From Bilabrum cf. latius (taxonomy: Eukaryota), in contig OZ237745.1 in the NCBI GenBank assembly GCA_965178125.1, forward strand, positions 62,001 through 126,000: a DNA stretch of 64,000 bases, written 5' to 3'. Below are positions 48,501 to 59,902 of the stretch, piece by piece. Made by a program: the position numbers and the translations under genes. The notes below the pieces were generated by a model, which was not told the DNA's origin, made no database searches, and worked only from the letters and a program-made list of their open reading frames with translations. The stretch's first letter is position 1. Each line of letters starts with the position of its first letter.

Positions 48501-51373
48501 TTCTCACTGGTACCCGCATCTGGTGCTGCCTTGCTGTCTCTGCTCGTGCGACCCCTGCCCCTGCCCCTGCCCCTGCCTCCGCTTCCGCTTCCCGTGGAAG
48601 ACTGCGACAGGATACCAACAGCGGCCGCCTCCACGGCAGTGACGCCACCAACGGCGCACCCGGCCCTTTCCTTGTGGTTCTGCTTGCTGGCGTCATCGAC
48701 GTCACCAGGGGGCCCGCTCCTGGCATTCTCGCCGCCTTCTTCGTCTGCCCCATCTCCTCCGGCACCCACCCATCCAGCATCAGCTTTGCCCCCAGTCCCT
48801 TCCGCTGCGACATCGAAGAGCCCTTTGAGCGCCGTGGCCTTGCCCATCCCCAGAGCAGACGCCCCCCTACTGCCGCTCTCGCCCGCCGATACCCCGCTGC
48901 CACGAGACAGGGCAGATTCCCTCCCACCGCCGAAGAGGCCCCCACCCCTTGGGACCCCTCCAGTGCCGGCACTGTCCTCGGGGCCAAATGCCTGCAGCCT
49001 CGACCGACGCATCCCCACTCTGACCACCTCGGGGGCGTTGCCGGCATGGAGGGGGATTCCCGCGTCCACCTCCGCGGCTGCCGATCCAGCGCTGGCAGAC
49101 GAGTCCCGAGTGCATTCCCCTGCATCTGTATCGCCATGGCCCCACGAGGGCTGACGCATGCCCGGCCTGCCCATCGCTGCGGATCCTTCCCCTTCCCTTT
49201 CCCCACTGGCCAGTCGGATGGGAACTGGAAGCAACTCGCTGCCGGCTGCACCCCCAGCATCCCCACCTTCCGCTCCGAACAGACCTCGCTGCCCATCGCG
49301 GGGCGTCGCGCCACCCACCATCCCGTCTTCTCCTTCTCCTTCCCCATCGAATGGCATCGAGCTCGACCTTCCAAGCGTGTGAACGCCTCCGCCGGTCCCC
49401 GGCCCACCAATGCCCGCTCCCTGTCCCTGCCCTGCGCCGGCTCCCAGCCGCCCTCCCCGCCCGGCCTCCCCCTGCCTCTCCATGGCCTAGCTCTGCACCC
49501 TAGAGCTCATCTCCACTGCGTCCGTCAGCGAGCCCCAGGCCAGGTCCGTCTGGATGTACACGGTTGCATCCTCCCGCCATGCGCTGAAGTACTAAAGCAC
49601 GTGGCTGCATGAGGCTAGGGCGGCCATGGCCTGCGCCTCTCGAAGCATCGCCGATACGCTGCTGGCCAGGCCTCCCTGCCTGGGCCTCTTCACAGCGTAC
49701 GTCACCCCGTCCACGCGGCTCACGCACCGGAACACGTCCGCAAACTGCCCCGAGCCCACCTTGCTCACCTCCTGGAAGTTCCGCAGGTAGTGCGACACCG
49801 CGGCGCCGTTTCCAAGCCGCAGGGGAGCCCGCCGCCCCCTGCCCCGCCGACCGATGCCTCCCGCCTGCTTGGGGGCGAGAAACGGATTCACGTTCACCTG
49901 CGGGACGTGCTGCACGAACCGGCCCAGCCCGGCCTGTCGCGGCCCACCGGTGGTCAAAGCGGTACCGCCACTCGCCCCCCGCATCACAGTGCTGGGTGGG
50001 TGCACCCCCAAACCCCCAGTTAGCATGCCCCTGCGGAGGGGTGTGGGGGGCGGTCCCCTGCGGCCCCTCGCCCCGGGCCCGCGCTTGCGCACCACGCTAG
50101 GGGCCCGTCTGCCCAACGCGAAGCCGCCCGGCGAATCGGCTCCGGGTGCGTGCCCCCACCCGCCAGCTTCATCTTCGTCCTCATCCTCATCTCCGTTCTC
50201 GCCTGCAGAGCTTGCCGTCAATGAGGAGGAGGAGGACGAGGAGGACGCGAGAGCCATAGGAGGGCTGAACGACTGCCCGGGGCCAGCGCCGCGATCGCTG
50301 CCCAGATCGAAGCGCCCCCGCTGGCGGGACCTCGCATGGCGCAGCGACACGGCAAAGCCGGCCCCTGATTCTGCACCGATTCCAGTCTCGCCCACGGCAC
50401 TGGCGCTGGCCGGAGCACCTGTCGCTCCTGTCAGCGGCAGCTGCAGCCTGGTCCGCACATCACTTAGTGCCCCCGCCCCCGCCCCGCTCCCACGAACGAA
50501 CGCACTGCTCGACGCGCCCAAACGACTGCTCCCGCTAGAGGAACTGCCCCTGGGTGCTCCAGGGGTGCAGTCTACTGCCGTGCTAGTGCGCCCCGCCTCT
50601 CTCACAGCAGCATGCTAGTGCTGCTGCTGTTCCCGTCCGTTGTCGTTTGAATCACCGGGCGACGAAGGACGCAGTCGTTGGGCCCCTCTGTCCTGCGCAC
50701 CAGCACCTGCCCGCGGGGTGGCAGCCCCGCGGTCGGACTGGGGCGACCCCCATGCCTCGCGGGCTAGATCAGAGCAGCTCCTCCCACTCGGATGATGCCC
50801 CGCGTCCCTGACCCCGGCTCCGGCACTGACACCGTCCTCCATGGGAGCCGTGCCTGCGGTTTCCTGGGAGCAATTGCCCGCTGGTGGCAGGCGCGGTCCC
50901 CCCTCACTAGCGAGCAGCTGGCTGGGGTGCTAAGGAGCGGCCGGGAGTGTGGCGGGAGTGGCCGAGATGTCGATGGAGCGCGGCTGGGGCCGCAGGATCG
51001 GCTGGGATGGGGAGGATGAAGGCTATATTGCAGGACTGATGGGTGATTGATGTGGCTCGCGGGGGTCCCGCCTCCTCGGTGCCGCTCGGCTCTGTCTCGA
51101 CCTGGCCGAGTCGTTGGGCAGCTTCGGCAGAGCCCCAGGTGCGCGTGTCTGGGAGCCCAGGTCACCGGCTTCGGAGTCCAGGCTACCAGCAAGATGTGTA
51201 AAATCCTGCGAAGATGCCCCGACCGCGTCGTAGCCCCGATTCAATTCTGGATGAGCAAGACCTTCCGATCGTGCGACCGACGATGCAATCGCTGCATCAG
51301 CCGGCGATACTCGAGCTCGCTCCGACCCATTCTGGCATCCTATCTTTAGCTTTGACTGTCTCGCTTGCCCCAT
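42554..51373 (-). CDS. WEE1: Giant (~2900 aa) Wee1-like protein kinase with large low-complexity insertions
   Basis: N-lobe YLRNFQEVSKVGSGQFADVFRCVSRVDGVTYAVKR...LREAQAMAAL...VL[TAG]YFSAW...YIQTD..GSL; catalytic loop GLAAMHRRGVAHMDIKTSN; KLGDLG, DGDSRYMAPE and ADMYSLG. Ten ORF-track pieces share one frame, joined by ~16 TAGs. Ends TAA at 42554. Start uncertain and introns not excluded. Confidence 0.75.
46921..46988. repeat. Hexamer tandem repeat (CCCTGG/CCCTGA-TCCTGG) encoding QGQGQGQDQGQDQG in the Wee1-like gene
   Basis: About 11 visible 6-bp units. Confidence 0.85.
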
Positions 51374-52135
51374 GGGCTAGGAGAGCGGCTTTTGCGCATT
51401 GTTGATCACTCCTGTCGAGTTGCCGGTGGCGCCAGCAGCCTTCCGTGTCGACCGCGACGGCGCCGTGGTTCGTGACGGCTTTTCCCTGCGATGAACTAGG
51501 CAAGCGCATACACTATCAACTTCAATACAGCTAGCATACCACAGTTTTGGGATCGCGGACTGGATTGCGATTTCGACAGCATATGTCGTCACACAAAATT
51601 TGAACCAAAGTAGGCTGTGAGCGGACTAATCCTTGCTTACCGATGCGATTGCGCTTTGGATCCAAATAAACTGGATAAAGTCTACTGCTGGACAGCGTTG
51701 CTGCCCTTCGAAGACATGTGCTACGCGCGATACAGCTTGTTCCTGGAGCAAGCTGCCCACCTCCACTCCCCGGTTGCAACCACTTGCATCGTTGAACTTT
51801 CAAGAAGAAGATTAAAATTAATCCGATCGTGAAGAAGAAGATTATGATCCACGCAAAGTCGGCTTGAGCCGCCCAGTCATGGGATTGTAGCGGTGATATG
51901 CGGGCCACGCTATGTTTGGCACTTCGAGAGAGACGCTGTCGACGGGCACAAGGAGACGGAGTCGGGGGCAGACACCATTTCTTGATGCGTAAATCTATCG
52001 CCCCTCTGGACAGCCGCGATGCCGCACATGGTGGCTCCCATGGTGAGCAAAAGTGTAATAATGACCCGAAAACAAACAATTATGCCCGAAACCCCAAGAC
52101 AAGTTGCAACCCCCCGGGCCACTCTCGTCTCAGGG

Positions 52136-55100
52136 TCAGTCATCGCCCGCATCCCCCCTAGCCTGGTTGCCCACCTGCACGTCGGTGAGCAGCTGCCTGA
52201 CTCCCTTGCGCATGCCCGGCAGCGAATCCCTCACACCCGGTGGCACCACGCTGAGGGCCTGCCACGAGGCAGACAGCGGGGCCGACAGGTGCTGGAACGC
52301 ATTCCAGTACAGCACCACAACGGCGATGAAGGCCACTGCCAAGTAGCTCCCAATCACAGCCTCGTTGATCTGCATGAACTAGTCAATGCGATCCTCAACC
52401 TCGTTGGCATAGAAGGCCGCCACTCTCCGAAGCGAGTCGTGCAAGTGCGGCTGGGCCAGCTCAGTGCACAGCAATAGCAGCTGGATATACACGGGGTTTG
52501 TGAACGGGTTGAAGTTGGGGGTCTGGCCAGGATATATGTCTGGGTGCCTGCCTCCGATGAACTGCCTCAGACCCTGAGCCAGAGAGTAGATTGCCGTCTT
52601 TGCACCGTTCCGCATGGAGCGCGTGAACGTGCGTGTCCTCGGGTCCACGAACCCGAACACGAGGCCCTACAGCTCGAGGGTGCTTTCTCCCGCCCTGAGG
52701 CAGCCATCCAGATCTGGAGACTCGAAGCACGCCTCGTCGAACAGGAGTCGCTTCGGGTACTCGTGCTCCAAGCTGCCCAAGGTCGTGGTCAAGCCAGTCG
52801 CCTCATCGACCACCTCCCCCCCAATGGTGACTTTCTGCAGAGTCTGCAGCATGCGGCCCTCGATCTCCTCCGCAATGGCCTGGTCCCTGGCTCGAGTCAC
52901 ATTGGTGGGCGCAAGAAAGCCCACGTTCTGCGCAATCCTGACGTAGTCCACCGAGTCGATGGCCATTCGCTGCAGCGTGACCATCCTCTCATTGTAGCGC
53001 ATCACCTGGTTGAGCAGCGTGGTGACCATGATCACCAGGTACAGCACCCAGCCGAAGAATAGCATCAGCGGCACCGTGAAACGGATCGTCGACTGCAGCG
53101 TGAACGTCCAGTTGTCTCTAAACTCCCGTTTCTGCAGGACACGAGCCATCCTATGCCTCCTCTTCTTGCGTCGGCTACCGCTTTCGGTTCTTTTCGCTGG
53201 GCTGGAATTACCGGTATCTATGTTCGCATCGGACTGCCCGAGCCCCCGAGCCAGCTCAAGCCTGGCCAAGTCCGCCTTCGCGTCCATCTGCAGCGGGCGG
53301 GTGGATGCTGGCGAGCCAGGCTGCTTGAACGCACGATCGTCGATGCCCATCGGGCCCGGTACTTTGTCTGCAGCCTTCGGGTTGCCATCTTCACCTGCAT
53401 CAGACCCAGCCAGAGATCCTTCATAGTCGACTTGGCTCGACTCTGTTCCTTGACTAGCTTGCGAGCCCTCCTTCACACTTCCAGTAGTTGCCGCAGCTGG
53501 CACAACGCGAGACCCCCGCCTGCCCCTTAGTGGCTGCGATGCACTCGGGCGGGGAGCAGCACTGCCACTGGCAGCGGTTCCATTACTGTCTTCATCCTCA
53601 GACCCGTAGCTCCTGGCGCTGTTCATGGCCTCTTCTTTGCCCATGCTGAGTGCTTCCTTGCCAAGACTCATGGTATCCTTACTCACGCTGTTGCCGCTGA
53701 TCAGCCGACCACCCCCACCCCTCTGGTTCTCAGCCGAAATCAGTGCCTTCCAGCGCTCCTGCTCCTGGTCCTGAAGCTTGGTGGCCGCTGCAGCAGACCT
53801 GGGTGCCCCGCCCAGCAATCGCTTCATGGTGTTGCCTCGCTGGAACTAGGCCATACGCCTCACTCGGCGCATGTCCTCGCCGCCTTCCTCCTCGCCCGAG
53901 CTGCCCGAATCACTGGATTCTTCTCCCGCTTCGATGGCAGCCCGGACCATTTCTTTGTCATCCATCTCGTCCACCAGGCCCATGTCCCGCTGGTTGTCCT
54001 CGTCCTCGTCCTCCAGCCCCTCCAGCTTAGCCACGGTGTTGGTCAATCGCACGCTGGCCCTGCTCTTGAGGTTCTTGGCGATGCGCTGCGGCATGTGGGC
54101 CAGCAGATCCAGCACGGCAATGGTCCGCTGTCGGAGTCCCCTGAGTGACCGCACAAAGAGGATGCAGCCCACGGTGATTGCCACCACGAAGCATCCAATG
54201 CCAATGCCCCCGATGAGCAAGCGGGCAGTGTCGAAAGAGTCAACCACGTCGAGCTGTCGCTGGGACAGAGTGGCATTCAGGGCCTCGATGTACGTGTCTG
54301 CGTTCACTGTCAGGGTTTGACCTGGCACCCAGTCGAAGATCATTTCGGCTGGATCGTTTACCTTTGCCATGGTCAGCATGATGCCTGTCAGCACGTCTCC
54401 GATCCTGAGGGCGCTCACGTTGGTGGTGCCAATGGCTGATCCCGCAATGTCTGAGTCCGAGTAGGGCCAGATGGACTCTTGCACGAAGTCGATGGCACGG
54501 CGGGCCCCCAGGGCCGGGGTGGCTTTGGTCAGCTCCAGGTGCAGCTGCTAGTGCCTGAGAGCCCGGGCCTTGATGCGCTGAAAGGTGGGCTCGGTGTCCT
54601 GCAGCGTCGGGGGGAATGTGGCTGAATTATGTGCAGCAAGAAATCGATATTCATTGAAGAAGGCCTGAAACTCCATGGCTGTCTCGCTGGTGATGTACAG
54701 GTACCGCGAGCCCCGCTGCAGCTCCTGTCCGATGACGCGCTGCGTGACGATACCAACTACCCCGAGGATGAGGATGATGACCAAAAGTATCGAAAAGGTG
54801 ACCTGCATCGCGTACACCTCCTCGCTGGCTGCCTGTGCCCTGGTCTGCACCACCTTGCTGAGCTGCTGCGCCATCCAGCTCTGCGATGATGCCACGCTGC
54901 CCTGGTCCTCGGCGTTCTAACGGAAAGCAGCCCCTCCATCGCTTATCGCTGACCCGCGCCTCTTGCCTATGGAATTCATCGCACTTCCATGCTTGGCAGA
55001 TGACCCACGGCGGCCCTTCGCAATCAGTGGACCCGGTGCAGCAGTCCCCCTCGCCGAGGACATGCCTTGGCTATCCCGGCTGTCTCGACTGTTTGTGCTG

Positions 55101-58100
55101 CCCCCCGCGACCAATGACTCCGACCCCGCCGCTGAAGATTCTAAACTCTTAGATACCGACCTGCTTCCCATCTTGGGATTCACCTGGCTCATCGATCTGC
55201 CAAAGGAGCCAGTCGTGTTCGAGGAAACCTGCCGGGCCTGGTAGCTCTGGGCCATGCGCCCACCCGATTGACTGAACCGACGCCTAGTGCCCCTCGAGTC
55301 TGCCTGCTTCCCCCCAGTGGTGCCCACCGTCCCATGCTCTGTGCCACCTGCAGAGCTGCCTGATATCGATCGACCGCCATCATCATCAGAAGCGGTGGTG
55401 AGCTGTACCGTCTGCTGCACCTCAACAGACACAGATACCTTCCTGCTGCGGTCTCCGCCAGATCCAAGCTGCAAAACATCGCTCTTCTTCGACTCTTTCA
55501 CAGTCGGCGTGGGTACATCGCCGGCCGCCTTCGCTCCCAATCTCTCACGGGAGCCCCCAGAGCCACCCTCCTGTGTTTCACCGCCTCGCTTGCCGAAGCC
55601 CGCGTCCAGCAAAGCCTGTCTCACCGCTGTCAAGAGCGCCTGCGACTCTTCGTGCCCTGGCCGCCTCCACCGCAGCATGAACTGCCTCTCGCCGAACAGC
55701 GGGGTCAGGTCCTGCACGGACCCGAACACGAGCCTCGTCCCGTCCGAAGCCCCCTCCACAGGTATCATGCCGGTGTCCCGCTGTCGCAGGAGGCTCTTGA
55801 GCTGCATGGAAGCAGGGAACACCGGCATCGTGCGTGTGTCTCCCTCAAGTACAGCTGACAGGTGCATGCCATCAGCAGACCGCTTGCGAGAGAATGAGCT
55901 CGAGGAGCTCATGGCTGGCGGCGGATGCGGCGCCCTGAACGATCCTGCCGCGCTCCTCGCGTTGCCCTTGCCGTCCTTGCTCCTCTTCTTCTTGGACCCG
56001 GCACCTGATAGGTCGTGCCTGCCCTGTTTGATAAAGGACCCGAGAGAGACCAGCCCACCCTTGCCCCCTCCAGCAGCACCGGCTCCACCCATAGCAGCAG
56101 CTGCGTTCTGGTCTCCCCCCGCAATCATGAGAAGCGAGTCACCGCCGGCATGCGCCTCGTCCGACTCAAGGTACTCCCGCAGCTCAACGGCTAGTCTCCG
56201 GTCTAGCTCCCTCATGCGCCACTCCTGGGCTCTGGCCTTCTTGCCGCCCTTGCCCCGCATGCTGATCATGGACCGAGAGGCACGCCCTGGACTGCCGCTC
56301 CTCCTGTGCCTCCTCACCCCAGTGGAGTTCTCCAGGAGAGCCAGCATCGCCCACGGGGCCCAATCCTCCGCGTCGAAGCTCCCACGGTCCGCGCTAGGCA
56401 GCAGGTGCTTGATGCTGTACGACTCCCGCTGCAGGTAGTCTGCATCCACGCCCATGAGTGACAGCGAGGACGCGCTGGCAGAGAGCACCCTGAGTCCGCT
56501 GCGGGGGCCCGCGAAGAAGATCACGTTCTCCTCGCACCTGAGTCGGTCCATGCTCACAGTCAGGCGCGGGGAGGAGGTGACCTCATCGGGCGTGCTCTCC
56601 ATGAGCGAGAGCAGCACGGGGATGGCCGCTCCGTTGCTCTGCTGCACAAAGGTCACCTCGGTGCGATTCAGGTTCGGTGAGAAGCCCAGCCGCACCATGG
56701 AGTGCACTCGCCTCTACCACAAGGTGCGGACGGGCTCCGGCAGCAGCGATAGCACAGGCAGTCCCACGATCTAGCTCGTGCTCGAGTGCCCGAAGAGTCG
56801 ACAGGCCGCGGGAGAGGCTGACAGGATCTCACCCAGGCTGCTGTCCGAAGCGCTGACGGTGAGACTGGCGGCAGAATCGTCCAGCTGGTCCACATCAGGA
56901 GCAGGCGCGCCCAGCACCACGTGTTTGACTGCCTTTTGCCGCTGCCGAGTGTGCCTCTCCTCGATGCGGTCGGCCTTGTTGAACAGCCTGCGGGATAGAG
57001 GGGGGGAAATACAGGAGACTGCAGGAAGCATTATAGGATCGCTAGCAGTTGAGTGTACGAAAAGAAAAGGTGGCATGGCAGAGGGTTGCATGGTTAGGTC
57101 AGAGCAGCAGACTCACTCCATGGCGGGCATTGGGTCGTTCCTCAGCTCGAGAAGGAACTCGGCGTAGCTGCGGGCCACAAGCGCTCCCGAGTTCAGCTGC
57201 ATCATGGTCTTGTAAAGGCCCTCTGTGCGAGCTAAGGACTGCTCAATCTCCACGCTGACTCCCACAAGGTCACCCACCCGCGGATGGCTCTGCGACAGGT
57301 GCTCCCACAGCTTGAGGATGCTGCGCTGTGCCGCGATCTTGCTCTCCTGCGCCTACTTGGCCAGCGACTCGAAGATCACACGGTCCAGCGCAGACAGCTT
57401 GCTCGAGTCAGCCCCCTCCCGCAGCGCCCTGGTGCGCTGGTAGATGAAGAAGGCCACGTCCAGCCCGGGCTGCCTCAGCCTGGCTGCAGATAGGCACTGT
57501 GCCTCGGCGAAGTTGTTCTCTGGGTAGAAGGAGCGGTAGAACTCGGCTGCCAGCACGTGGCTCATGGGGTTCTGCGCGTGGTGCATGACCATGTGGCGGT
57601 AGGCTCGCTCGGCTGCGTACAGCCGCTGCTCTTCGAGCCTCCTCCGTGGGTTGGAGTACGCCTTGTGGAGCAGCCGCTGCCCGTAGAGCGTGTCAGCATC
57701 GATGTCACCCCCGAGGTCCGCAGAGGACGCTAGCCCTTCTCCTCCGGCAATGAGCGCCGCGCCAGTGTCCAGGCCCAGACGAGGAGCAGCCGAAGCTGCT
57801 GCCCTGCGCTGGGCCAGGAGCACCGCCCGCTCGTCCTCGTCCTCCACCTCATCATCAGAGCTCTCGTGCAAGCCCTGCTCCCCTGCAGACCGAGAGGCGT
57901 CTGTGTCGTCACCACGCCCAGCACCGGAGCGGTCCCTTGCGCCCGCTCCCTTGTGTTTCGTACGACTGCCTCCTCCACTGCCAGAAGCGGCACGCTTGTG
58001 GGAGCCGTTCAACCCCCCAGAGGTGGACGACTCTGCCAGGCCCATTAGCTGACCGCCCAGCTGCATGAGGAACGTCCCACCGCCACCTGCACCACCGTCA

Positions 58101-59593
58101 TTGCCCCTGTTGCACCCGCGCTATGCCCTGTCACTCAGCACCGCCACCGCACCCCCCGACTACATCATGCTCTGCGCGAAGTCCTGCATGCGGTGCCTGG
58201 CCCACACGTCGAGGTGCACCACCCTGGAGCACTCCTCCAGCGGCAGCATGGCGATGTAGTGCTCCCGGGTGTATACGGCCAGGAAACCAAGGCAGTAGGA
58301 CAGCCCGCAACCGATGTAGAAGAGCACGCTGAGGTCTCCGTAGTTGGCATACTTGTGCAGAGTCAGCGCCACCGTGGACCAGACGAAGACGGCTGCAAAC
58401 CCGGTCTGCATGCCGTTGACACCTGCGTGCACGTACGGCATCTGCCTGAACATGAGGACGGCCCACGTGAGCCCCGAGAGGTAGAGGATGGCGGTAAGCA
58501 CCCACGAGTCGAGCAGCATGTCCCGGAACACGGTGAAGCAGAGCACCAGCACTACCTTGATCACGAGCACCACAGCGTCCACCCGCCCGTGGCTCTTGGC
58601 GCTCCACGACGCAGAGGCCGGGTTCCGGTCGATGAACACGGCTGTAATGAACACGCTGAGCACCGCGAACACGAGCAGGACGGCGCTGATGAATACACGG
58701 ATGATGATCGGGCCGGCGGCATCGCACTGCCAGCCCGTGCCGATCCACGAGAAGCCATCCAGCGAGCCAGACTCGGCGGGGGCTTCCACGCCCGGGCACC
58801 CGAGCGCCCTGGCCATCACAGTCGTAAACGGCAGGAATAGAGTAGTGGTCGTCAAGGTCGCCACCGATCTGAGGCCCTTGAGCACGATGCCAGATTGGGG
58901 CGCTTTCGTGATGAAGCACCACGCTGCAATCGATGGAAAGCGGTGGAGCAGTGATTCCAAACCAAAATGAATCTGGACCAAAATCAGACTTATTTGCATC
59001 ATGGTTTGCATGGAGCTTGCGAACACCGTATCAGCCAAACAAGGAGCATCTGATGGGCGTAGTACACAACGTGAGGATTCTCACCAACGTAACAGCTCGC
59101 GGCCACGAAAAGGGACGTCCAAAGCGTGGATGCTACTAATAGGACAACATAAAGCGTGAACAGGCTGGACCTTGCGACAAAGTCTCCGCTGAGGACATCC
59201 AGGACTGTTGCGAGGTGCGGAATGCCTGACGAATCTCCACCCTCCCACAACGAGCCATTCACCGGGAAATTGTAAAACTGCACGTACCATGGTCGCAAGA
59301 AGTAAAATTTTGACTATACTTGGTACGAGCAACGCAGAAACTCGACGACTAGGATGACAAGCCTGCCATAATTCTCAATCATTGATCTGCGGCGATACGA
59401 TTGGGTTGCTCTGAGGTACTGAAACAATCTATCTCACTTGCAAAGCATCGATAGTGATTAATACCAAGTATGCCCTCTGTTCTACGGTCATCTCCTTGGA
59501 CATCACATAGGCAAAACCGTAGAGGGACTCCAAGACTAAATCCAGGGGCCCCTTGGAATTCTCTCCCAATGCTGTCGACTAGCTTGAGATCAT
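52136..59593 (-). CDS. TmcB/TmcC-like multi-pass membrane PAS protein, copy 2
   Basis: Same exon structure as copy 1: exons 59593-59438, 59277-59085, 58923-57117 and 56987-52136. About 12 in-frame TAGs; terminal TGA. Confidence 0.8.
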
Positions 59594-59596
59594 GGC
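52136..59596. repeat. ~7.5 kb inverted duplication, arm 2 (partner ~20966-28486)
   Basis: Reverse-complement match to arm 1 across the coding region and introns 2-3. Confidence 0.97.
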
Positions 59597-59902
59597 TTAA
59601 TCACGTTTTTTTGATTCGGCAGGAGCCCTTTTCCAGCGCTGGGTATGCCGAGACTGCGGACGAATCTGGAGAGTGGGGGAGTTTGCAATGATGATCAACG
59701 TCGCGCGGTTAGCCCTGCCTGCTGCCAGTGATGAGCCTGCCAGTTCTTGTCAGTCAGTGGTCGCACGGGTACCGTAGATGTGTGGTCGCATGAGCAGCCA
59801 ATCCGATGAGCAGAACGAAAGTCAAAAGTACTTGTTGTCGCTCACAGAAGCAAAGCATTGGTCTTTGCACCTGAAAGATGGGGAACTGAACGCAATCTAC
59901 CA

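Noticed and set aside
51490-52080. Small ORFs, a hydrophobic stretch and a short AAGAAGAAGATTA direct repeat between the Wee1-like gene and Tmc-like copy 2
   Set aside because: I could not build a consistent gene model or recognise a motif. It may be promoter/UTR sequence, though a small gene is not excluded.
21083-59479. UAG as pyrrolysine, Leu, Glu or Tyr, or as leaky readthrough
   Set aside because: All four paralog swaps are with CAG, TAGs sit in poly-Q runs and at conserved Q sites, and 12-16 TAGs per gene including tandem TAGs are incompatible with low-efficiency readthrough. Pyrrolysine is not known in eukaryotes.
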